Positions 32,887 through 41,006 of a stretch of DNA of 64,000 nucleotides are shown one piece after another. The translations under genes and the position numbers were made by a program. Within the stretch, counting starts at the first letter, position 1. The number at the start of each line of letters is the position of its first letter. The notes below the pieces were generated by a model. That model made no database searches and had not been told where the DNA came from. It saw nothing but the letters and a program-made list of their open reading frames with translations. The stretch is taken from assembly GCA_963841915.1 (NCBI GenBank), contig CAWJEN010000003.1:96001-160000 (forward strand), in the 5' to 3' direction. The stretch is from an uncultured Planctomycetota bacterium. GTDB lineage: Bacteria > Planctomycetota > Phycisphaerae > Tepidisphaerales > Tepidisphaeraceae.

Positions 32887-35823
32887 GTTCCGCAGCGTGC
32901 GGCCGGCCCGCGGATCAAGGGCGATTGACTCGCTGATCGCGAGGTCGCACACGGTCAGTAGGCCGCTGTCGCGCTCGATCTCGAAGACCGGGAAGCGGAG
33001 CAGGTCGCGGTACGTCGCGTCAAAATCACCCGGCCAGTACAAGTGCGGCGCGAGGTAGCGACCGACGGGCGTGACGCGATCGTCTTCAGGATTGAGCCGG
33101 TGCACGCTCGTGGCGGCGAACGCGGGAGCGTCGCTGCCTTGCGCCCACCACTTCCAGTCGTCGCGGCCGAGGCCGTCGAAGAGCGGGTGGCCCTCGTCGC
33201 CGTGGCCGAGCATCTCGACGAACTCGCCTTCGACTGATTGATCTGACGTTCGCCTGCCCTGGGAGATCGATGGGTCTATGAACTTCCACGCGGCTGAGCC
33301 CTGCTGGAGCAACACCATCGGCACATCGACCTCCGTCGTCCGCTCGTCAATCTGCGAACCCTTCGGTCCGATCAGTAGCACGTCAGCGGCGGATGTGGTG
33401 CCGACTAGCTCGACGCCGGCGTCTGTCAGGAAGGTCTCGACGTCTTTCGGCAGCCCGGCCGAAAAGACCTTTACGCCCGCAAGATCGGCCGAGGCCCAGG
33501 CACGGCTGGCGATGCAGATCGGGTACTGGTTCGTCGAGACTTCGTTGCCGTCGGCATCGGTCAGCCGAAGCTCAATTGTCGCCTCGATCATGTCACCGTC
33601 AACGCTCGGCACTTCCAGCTTCAGCGGCACGCTTTCGACAGCGAAGTATTTCACGTCGCCGACCTCGAGCTGCTGTTGGCTCAAAACGCCGCCATCTTCA
33701 CCGACAACCTGCAGGTCGGCCACGAGCCCGCTCATGTCGCGGAACGTGACGTCGTCGTTTACGACGAACAGCTTCGTCTCGATTGTGTCGCCGCCGTAGA
33801 AGACATCCTGCGACGTCTCGAGCGCGATGAGCACCGGCTCAAAACCTTGACGCACGCCTTCCCACACCGGAAACGGCCGCCATTCCTCGACCGGGCGTGA
33901 CAGGGCGTACTGAATCCACGTGACGTTGCTGAAGAGCATGACGCCGGCGTTGAGCTGACCGTCGCGTTGGAAGCGCAGCTTTTCGCTCTTGCGTTTGCCC
34001 TCGGCCCGGGTGTGTTCGCTGAAGATGGCCGGGTCGCCGTCGACGCCCGACTGACCAATCCACGGGTGGGCCGAGTAGTGCATCTTGTAAATGGGGTGGA
34101 CTGCGCCCGTCTCCAGGATCTGGTACGGAACTGCGCATTCCTGGTTGATGAACGGCCTGTCCCCGCCCAGGGAGTTGCCACGGATGGGCTCGCCGTAGTC
34201 GTTGACATAGCTCGACGGGTGATACCAGCCCCAGTATGAGTGAATGTCTTCCATGTCAGCCGAGCCGCCGTGGTCGACGCCGCCCGACGTCTGAAAGATC
34301 GGCCGCGAGTCATCGAGCTCCCGCATCCCGTTGATGATGTTGGTGAAGATCGCGATCTTGTCCGGGTTTTTCCAGTCCCGCTGCAAGCCTTCGTTCGAGA
34401 CGCAGTAGAACAGGATGCTCGGGTGGTTGCGGTACTGCTTGACCGTTTCGAGCTGCTCGCTTGTCCAGTGCTCGATCAGCATCGCACCGGGCGGCGGTTC
34501 GGTTCCGGTCAGCGCCCACGGACGCACGCCCTCGGCACTCACGCCGATGCCGAGCTCGTCGCACAGGTCGAGCCACATGCGGTTGAACGGGTTGCCGTGC
34601 GAGCGGGTGATGGGCGTATTGCCCTTCACCATCAGCTCGAGAAAGCCGCGTGCCGTGGCCTCATCCGTCGGCTTGTAACCGTAAGGCGGCATGTTCGCCC
34701 CGCGCGACCAATACGGCTTTCCATTCAGCAGCACCTGGCGGCCGCGCGTCTCGACGGTGCGATACCCGACCTTGTGCGACCAGCTGTCGAGCAGCGTCCC
34801 GTCGTCGGCAATCCAGTCAATGACAAGCTCGTACAAATGCGGCTTCTGCGGCAACCAGTGCGTGGGCGACAGGCCGTCCTTCGTCAGCTTTGTCGTCTCG
34901 GTCGCCGATGCGTTGACGCTGAATTTGGTCGTGTCGCTCGTGAGCAGCTCGCCGGACGCGACCTCACGAATGGCGTAGCTGATCGTCCCGCTGATGGGCT
35001 TATCTGCCGGGTTGTCGATCGTGACTTCGAGGTCGTGTCCGGTGAGCGTTGGTTTGAAGAACGCGTCGTCGATTTGCCCGCCCGGTCGGCTGACGTGGAG
35101 CGTGACGTCCTGCCAAATGCCCATGAACTTTGCCCGCGGCTGACGCCCGAAGCCGCCGAACATGCCGCTGTTGAGCGACATGAGCATGTCGCGTGAGATC
35201 GGCACGGTGACGGCGATGTCGACCACCTCGTCACCGCCTTCGATCTTGCGGCCGCGCTCGACGTAGACGAGCAGCGCATTAGTCTGGCCCCACTTCAGGT
35301 GCGGCGTCAGGCGCACGCCGAACTCGCCGAACATGCCGACGTGGCCACCGACATGCGTGCCATTGACGTAGACGCGGCTGACCATGGCCACGCCTTCGAA
35401 GCTGACCCGCAGCTCGGGCGTTTGGCCCTCAATCTCCGGCAGATCGAACTGGTACAAGTACCAGCCGGCGTTGGTCGTCTCGGCGTCGAACGGCAGGGCT
35501 GCGACGCGTTGCTTCTCTTGCTCCTCGAACTCCAGCGAGATGTCGGGCAACCACCACTTCATCCGGTTGAGCATCTGCGGCACAGCCACTGTGTGCCAAG
35601 ACGAAAGGTCATCCGACAGCTCCGCCGCCTGACGATCGACTTCGTCTGTCGCAAGCTGCTCCGAGTCGGCGACGGGAAGGAATGCCCAATCACCCGACAA
35701 GCTCATTTTCTGCACCGGCGTTGCCGTCACGTGCGCCAGGTTGACAACGGGTGGTGGCGCAGCCTGTGCAAGCACGGCTGCCATCAGCATGAAAACAGCT
35801 GGTAATAGGTGCAAAGTTTTCAT
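32872..35823 (-). CDS. secreted glycoside hydrolase family 2
   Basis: Sugar-binding domain (FEGV....VYVNG..VGGH.G.F), GIWQDV, GYRT, RNHPSI.....NE acid/base; SD AAGGA. Confidence 0.85.
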   Translation of the reverse strand: MKTLHLLPAVFMLMAAVLAQAAPPPVVNLAHVTATPVQKMSLSGDWAFLPVADSEQLATDEVDRQAAELSDDLSSWHTVAVPQMLNRMKWWLPDISLEFEEQEKQRVAALPFDAETTNAGWYLYQFDLPEIEGQTPELRVSFEGVAMVSRVYVNGTHVGGHVGMFGEFGVRLTPHLKWGQTNALLVYVERGRKIEGGDEVVDIAVTVPISRDMLMSLNSGMFGGFGRQPRAKFMGIWQDVTLHVSRPGGQIDDAFFKPTLTGHDLEVTIDNPADKPISGTISYAIREVASGELLTSDTTKFSVNASATETTKLTKDGLSPTHWLPQKPHLYELVIDWIADDGTLLDSWSHKVGYRTVETRGRQVLLNGKPYWSRGANMPPYGYKPTDEATARGFLELMVKGNTPITRSHGNPFNRMWLDLCDELGIGVSAEGVRPWALTGTEPPPGAMLIEHWTSEQLETVKQYRNHPSILFYCVSNEGLQRDWKNPDKIAIFTNIINGMRELDDSRPIFQTSGGVDHGGSADMEDIHSYWGWYHPSSYVNDYGEPIRGNSLGGDRPFINQECAVPYQILETGAVHPIYKMHYSAHPWIGQSGVDGDPAIFSEHTRAEGKRKSEKLRFQRDGQLNAGVMLFSNVTWIQYALSRPVEEWRPFPVWEGVRQGFEPVLIALETSQDVFYGGDTIETKLFVVNDDVTFRDMSGLVADLQVVGEDGGVLSQQQLEVGDVKYFAVESVPLKLEVPSVDGDMIEATIELRLTDADGNEVSTNQYPICIASRAWASADLAGVKVFSAGLPKDVETFLTDAGVELVGTTSAADVLLIGPKGSQIDERTTEVDVPMVLLQQGSAAWKFIDPSISQGRRTSDQSVEGEFVEMLGHGDEGHPLFDGLGRDDWKWWAQGSDAPAFAATSVHRLNPEDDRVTPVGRYLAPHLYWPGDFDATYRDLLRFPVFEIERDSGLLTVCDLAISESIALDPRAGRTLRNLLVR

Positions 35824-35858
35824 GAAGTTCCTTTTGCTGTGATGAAGCTGGCGCTTCG

Positions 35859-38756
35859 CTACTCGCCGTCTAGGTCAGCCGCCCAGCGGATGCCGCCGAG
35901 CAGGTGATCAAGAAACATCGGGTCGGCAAACGATGCTTCAGTGTGCCCGCCACCTGTGTACCAGCTCCTGCCACCGTCGTAGATCTGGTACCAGGCGATC
36001 GGGTGCTTGCCCTGCATCGTGCTGCCTGCAAAGCTCGTCGTGTCGAGCGTCAGCAGGACGTTGAGATCCTCTGCGACGTCGCGGAAGTTGTACCACTCGT
36101 CCGTCCGCTCGAGCGGCGTCGGCAGATGAGCAGTCGACCGGTGTTGGCCGTCAATGATGTTAAGCGTGGCTTGCTGGACCTTCGGATGGCCGTTGAACTT
36201 CGCGCCGACGAGGCCGGTGTACCAAGGCCAGTCATACTCGGTGTCGGTCGCCGCGTGGATGCCGACGAACCCGCCGCCGTTCTTGATATACCGCTCGAAG
36301 GCGGCTTGTTCCTCGTCGTCCAGCACGTCGCCGGTCGTGTTCATGAAGACGACGACATCAAATCGAGCAAGCTCTTCGTCGTTAAAGATGCCGATCTTCG
36401 AGTCGTCGACATGCACCGAGTCGAGGGCGGCTGCGCGGAGCACGCGCTTCAGCGCAACCACGCCCGGCTCGATGCTTTTGTGGCGAAAGCCCGCCGTCTC
36501 CGTGAAGATCAGCACGCGCACCGGCTCCGTCGCCGGCACCACCGCATCGCGGCCAGGGATCTGATTCATCGTGTACCACGCCTCCGGTGACCACATGGCC
36601 TCGCCCTCGGCCGACGCAAGGTCGGCCCGAAGGTGCAGCACGCGGTCGGCCCGCATGTTCGGCAACACCAACCGCACCGATAGACCGTCGCTGGCGACGT
36701 CCGCCACCACGACCTTGAGCTGCTCGAGGTTGAGCTTCGGGCCGCCGTAGTCGCCGGTCGCTCGGTAGTTCCAATGCTGAACGACGTACTGCTTCTCGTC
36801 CCTTGCCTGCTCGACATCGATGGGTTTCGTGAATGTCAACAGCAGGCCGTCGGTGGTTGCGGTGACGTTCTGAAATTCGAAGGCAGTCTCGCCGGTCGGG
36901 TCGAGTCGCTGCAAGCCTTCCTGCGTGCGTTTCCACGCCCAGCTACGTCGTTCGCCAATGCCGCCGCAGTAGATAGAGCCGTTGTCGCCCTTCGCTAAGC
37001 GATGAAGGCCGACGACGAAGCCTTGGCTGTGCCGAAAGGCAGCTCCTTGAAGCTCGCCGTGGACGCGCTCGAGAGACACCCGACGCAGGCCGCCTTGCTT
37101 GATGTCGCTGATCAGCATCTGACCGGCAAATATGCCTTCGTCGAGCGTGATGCCGTCCGTCGGGCTGTTGGCGATCTCGTTCTGCGGCAGATGCACCGCA
37201 GGTGGCGTGACTTGTTCATCCGCGAACGGCGTCGGGTAACCACCATCGGGGTACAGACTGCTGATCATATTCCCGCCGCGGTAGCCGTAGAAGCGACCGG
37301 GCTGCAGATGGTTGATCTTGTTCGACGGCATCCAGTGACCCTGGTTCTCACCGACGAATAATTCGCCTTCGTGCACGAACAAACCGTTTGGCGTGCGCAA
37401 GCCACCGGCGACGAGCTCGTAGTCACCACCTGCCGGGTCGATGCGAATGAGGCTCCCACGGCCTTGCGGATTGGGGAAGGTGCCGTACGTGTCAGGCCGC
37501 AGAATCTTCTGGGCGTGCAGGCCGACGCCGACCGACAGCGTTGCGTAGAGCGAACCGTTGTGCAGCACCGGCCCGAAGGTGAAGTGGTGGTAGTTGTCGC
37601 TCTTCCAGCCCGACGCCAGCGTGTCGTGCTGCTCGTAGAAGCCGTCGCCGTCAACATCGGACAGTTTTGTTACCTCGTCACGCTGGGCCACAAACAGGGC
37701 ACGGCCGTCGGTCGCGACGCCGAGCGGGTGGATAAAGCCTTCTGCCGCGAGCTTCACCGGCACCGCAATCGCGTTGGCCGGTTCAGTCAGAGCGAGTTCA
37801 GCCGTCCGCTTAGCCCGCGCTTCGTCTGCCTTGCGTTGCGCTTCAACGGCCTCTTCTTCTTTTCCAGGTCTGACATCGCCAACATCGAGGTCGACGCTTG
37901 TGTCGACGAACGTATTGGCCTTCTGATCGACGCCGTCGAGGATCCACAGGTTACCGTTGGGCTCGTTCAACCGCGTCCCCTTGAAGTAAGGGTCAAACGC
38001 CGTGACGCCGAGCCTGCCGTCACCCAGGTATGTCATCCCGGCGACCTGCAAGCGAAATGATTCAGGCGCGTCATCGGCAGGAACAATTGTCGTGACCCGC
38101 CACATCGGGTGCATCGCCTCGAGTGGCCGACCATCGCCGGGTCGCGGCATCTGACCGTCGGCGGCAAATCGCTTCTGGCCCGGTGAGACGACCCGCGTCA
38201 GCCCGGCCTCGGTCTGCAGCCGGTCATCCGGAATCGTCTCGAATGCTGCCGCAGAAGGGGGCTTCCATTCGACACGAAGTCCCTGAGGCCCGTCGGCCTG
38301 GAACATGTCGACAACCAGCCGATGTACGCCTTCATCGAGGTGCACGAGCCCGACCTTGGGCCGCATGCCGTGACGCGTCGGATGGTCGACCACGACCCGC
38401 TCGTCGATCGACAGTCGGCTGCCGTCGTCGCTTGTCAGGCGGAACTGGTACGAGCCGGCCTCGTCAACCGTCAGCCACGTCTCAATGTGAACGACGTAGT
38501 TCGTCGTGACGCCGTCGACCCCGTCCGGGCCAATCGTCAGGTTGTCGAGCCTTTTGCTGATGTTGGGCGTCTGCCCCGGCACGACGCTCGGCAGCCGCTG
38601 CCACGAGCCGTCGCTTGCGTACAGATCAAGACTGACCCCTTGCTCAAATGCCTCTGCCGCTTCCGCGCCTGGCGCATTGACCTGCGAAAAGACCGACAAG
38701 CAGCCAAACGACATGAGCACGAAGGTTGCGACAACAGCGGGCGACTTCTTGATCAT
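35859..38756 (-). CDS. secreted PA14 + beta-propeller + ThuA (trehalose utilisation-like) multidomain protein
   Basis: PA14 'YQFRLTSDDGSRL', propeller 'GLRTPNG..ENQGHW.P', ThuA 'GFRH.SI..GIHAATD..DEWYNF..YTGGGH'; SD GGAGGAG. Confidence 0.8.
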   Translation of the reverse strand: MIKKSPAVVATFVLMSFGCLSVFSQVNAPGAEAAEAFEQGVSLDLYASDGSWQRLPSVVPGQTPNISKRLDNLTIGPDGVDGVTTNYVVHIETWLTVDEAGSYQFRLTSDDGSRLSIDERVVVDHPTRHGMRPKVGLVHLDEGVHRLVVDMFQADGPQGLRVEWKPPSAAAFETIPDDRLQTEAGLTRVVSPGQKRFAADGQMPRPGDGRPLEAMHPMWRVTTIVPADDAPESFRLQVAGMTYLGDGRLGVTAFDPYFKGTRLNEPNGNLWILDGVDQKANTFVDTSVDLDVGDVRPGKEEEAVEAQRKADEARAKRTAELALTEPANAIAVPVKLAAEGFIHPLGVATDGRALFVAQRDEVTKLSDVDGDGFYEQHDTLASGWKSDNYHHFTFGPVLHNGSLYATLSVGVGLHAQKILRPDTYGTFPNPQGRGSLIRIDPAGGDYELVAGGLRTPNGLFVHEGELFVGENQGHWMPSNKINHLQPGRFYGYRGGNMISSLYPDGGYPTPFADEQVTPPAVHLPQNEIANSPTDGITLDEGIFAGQMLISDIKQGGLRRVSLERVHGELQGAAFRHSQGFVVGLHRLAKGDNGSIYCGGIGERRSWAWKRTQEGLQRLDPTGETAFEFQNVTATTDGLLLTFTKPIDVEQARDEKQYVVQHWNYRATGDYGGPKLNLEQLKVVVADVASDGLSVRLVLPNMRADRVLHLRADLASAEGEAMWSPEAWYTMNQIPGRDAVVPATEPVRVLIFTETAGFRHKSIEPGVVALKRVLRAAALDSVHVDDSKIGIFNDEELARFDVVVFMNTTGDVLDDEEQAAFERYIKNGGGFVGIHAATDTEYDWPWYTGLVGAKFNGHPKVQQATLNIIDGQHRSTAHLPTPLERTDEWYNFRDVAEDLNVLLTLDTTSFAGSTMQGKHPIAWYQIYDGGRSWYTGGGHTEASFADPMFLDHLLGGIRWAADLDGE

Positions 38757-38972
38757 GTTGCTCCTCCAAGCAAGTGAATGGGCTAGAGCGTTCGCGAAAA
38801 TGCAATCGCAGTCAGACGGTCTCAAACACCCGCCGCACGCTAACAGAATCGTTCTTCCTGTCAAAAGGACTTACCGAGCTCGGAATGAGTACGACGGCGG
38901 AGCAGTGCGTGGACTGGTCCTTGCCACGCATGCATGCTGCAACCAAAACTGAAGGTGCTGCGGCTTGATTCC

Positions 38973-40790
38973 TCAAGACGCCGGTGAGTCTTCGAGACGA
39001 AGCTGGTGCTTGGCCATTTGCCAGTACCTTCCACGACGGCTGAGCAGCTCATCGTGTCGCCCGCGTTCTTCGATCCGCCCGGCGTTCATCACGAACAACT
39101 CGTCGGCATCGAGCACCGTGCTCAGCCGGTGGCTCACCACCACCACCGTCCGCTTGCCCCGCAGGCCCAGCAGCGTGTCAGTGATCATCCGCTCGTGCTC
39201 CGGATCGAGCGCGCTGGTCGGCTCATCGAGAACGATGATTGGTGCGTCGGTGAGCAGCGCCCGGGCAATGGCAATGCGCTGCCGTTGCCCGCCGGACAAG
39301 TTCGTGCCACCTTCGCTGATCTCGGTGGAGAAGCCGTCGTCCATCTTGTCGATGAAGCTTGTCGCCCCGGCCAGTTCTGCCGCGTGGCGGATCTCAGCGT
39401 CGGTCGCATCGGGGCGGCCGTAGGCAATGTTCTCGGCCACGGTGGCCGGCAGGATCGGGTTCTCCTGAAGCACCAGCGCCACGTGGCCGCGAACGTCACG
39501 AACTTTAAGGTCTCGAACGTCTTCGCCGCCGAGCAGGATGCGTCCGCCGGTTGGGTCGTAGAAGCGGGGCAGTAGGTTCAGCAGTGTGGTCTTACCCACG
39601 CCGCTGGGGCCGACGAACGCGACCATCGTGCCAGGCTCGATCGTGAAGTCGACGTGATCGAGTATCTGCTCACCGCCGGCTTTGTACTCGAACGACACAT
39701 CGGCGAACGCGAGTTGCCGCGAGCCGGGTGGCAAGTGCTTCGCGTGCGGCTTGTCCCGAACCGTCGGATCCCGATCGAGCACCTCGAAGACGCGTCTGGC
39801 CTGCACACTGGCCGACTGCAATCCGGCTGCCGACCCGCTGAGACTATTGAGTGGTTCGTACAAGCCGCCGATCCACCCGACGAACAGCACGAGCGAGCCT
39901 GCCTCGAGCTGGCCGTCGACGACGAGCCATCCGCCGTAACCAAACACCGCCGACGCTCCCGTGCCGAGGACCAGGCCTAGCAGCAGCCAGTAGATGATCT
40001 CCTGCCGGTGGAGTGCGAGCGACTTGTCGACGTAAGTGCGGACGCTCGTACCGAACCGCGCTGCTTCGTCGTCTTCTCGACGAAACGCCTGCACCAGGCC
40101 GACCGTGGCCAGACTCCGCTGAATCTGAGTCGTCACCGTCGCGTCAGCGGCCCGTTGCTCGACGTTGTACCGCTCGAGTCGCTTGCTGAACTTGGTGATC
40201 GTCAGGTAAAGGGCCGGCACAACCGCAAAGGCGACAAGCGTGAGCTTCCAACTGATTGACCACATCGCCAGCAGCGTCATCGCGAGCGCGACGATGTTGG
40301 TGAACCAGCCCATGAACGTCTTGAGCACGCCCTGGACACCGTGCGTGTCGTAGCTGAGGCGATAGATCGCGTCGCCCTGCGGGACGCTGCGGTGATAACC
40401 GAGACCAAGTGCCTGAAGCTTCTGGAACAACTCCGCCTGCGCGCGTGTTCGGCCGGTGTAGCCGAGCACGATGTTGAGCATCGCCTGCCAAGCCTGGAGC
40501 ACTTCCTTCAACAGCCGCAGGCCGAGCATCAGTCCGCCGAGAATCAGGACCGTCGTCAGGTTCTGTTCCCGCGGCACCCACGCGAAGAGCTGGTAGATGA
40601 AGCCGTCCCCGCCACCGCTGTCCTTTTGAAAGGCGTTGACGAAGATGGCCAGCGGCACCGACGACAGCAGACCCAATGCCGTCATCGCGATGATGAACGA
40701 CAGGCACAGTACGATGCGACCAAGGTCCTCGCGGTAGTACGCGAGGCTGCGCTTCAGAACAGGGATTTGCAGAGAGGAATCGTCCGGCAC
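38973..40790 (-). CDS. ABC exporter, fused TMD-NBD (MsbA/NdvA-like class)
   Basis: N-terminal TM domain, GPSGVGKT, LSGGQRQR, VLDEPTSALD, SHRL. Confidence 0.93.
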   Translation of the reverse strand: MPDDSSLQIPVLKRSLAYYREDLGRIVLCLSFIIAMTALGLLSSVPLAIFVNAFQKDSGGGDGFIYQLFAWVPREQNLTTVLILGGLMLGLRLLKEVLQAWQAMLNIVLGYTGRTRAQAELFQKLQALGLGYHRSVPQGDAIYRLSYDTHGVQGVLKTFMGWFTNIVALAMTLLAMWSISWKLTLVAFAVVPALYLTITKFSKRLERYNVEQRAADATVTTQIQRSLATVGLVQAFRREDDEAARFGTSVRTYVDKSLALHRQEIIYWLLLGLVLGTGASAVFGYGGWLVVDGQLEAGSLVLFVGWIGGLYEPLNSLSGSAAGLQSASVQARRVFEVLDRDPTVRDKPHAKHLPPGSRQLAFADVSFEYKAGGEQILDHVDFTIEPGTMVAFVGPSGVGKTTLLNLLPRFYDPTGGRILLGGEDVRDLKVRDVRGHVALVLQENPILPATVAENIAYGRPDATDAEIRHAAELAGATSFIDKMDDGFSTEISEGGTNLSGGQRQRIAIARALLTDAPIIVLDEPTSALDPEHERMITDTLLGLRGKRTVVVVSHRLSTVLDADELFVMNAGRIEERGRHDELLSRRGRYWQMAKHQLRLEDSPAS

Positions 40791-40914
40791 AGCGGTAACG
40801 TTCTAGCAGGGGCGGGCGAGTGAAGGTTCGGCCGGTTCTGCTGAGGGCTGATAGGAAAGAGTGCGACGCGGTCGCAGACACCTCATCGAGAACTCTCGGA
40901 TACCCGCTGTCTGC

Positions 40915-40950
40915 CTCCGTCATCCCGAGCGAAGCCGGGGGATGACGGAG
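40915..40950. repeat. CGTC-type REP-like palindrome
   Basis: Perfect 12-bp inverted repeat CTCCGTCATCCC / GGGATGACGGAG around GAGCGAAGCCGG. Confidence 0.65.
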
Positions 40951-41006
40951 AGGTTAATCGAGGTTGCTGTGGCACGTTCAGCGTCGTCCTGCACCCGAAC
41001 CGCGGG

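Noticed and set aside
38775..38815. LacI-type operator upstream of the ThuA/GH2 pair
   Set aside because: Only partial CG-centred palindromes, and no LacI-family gene in the window
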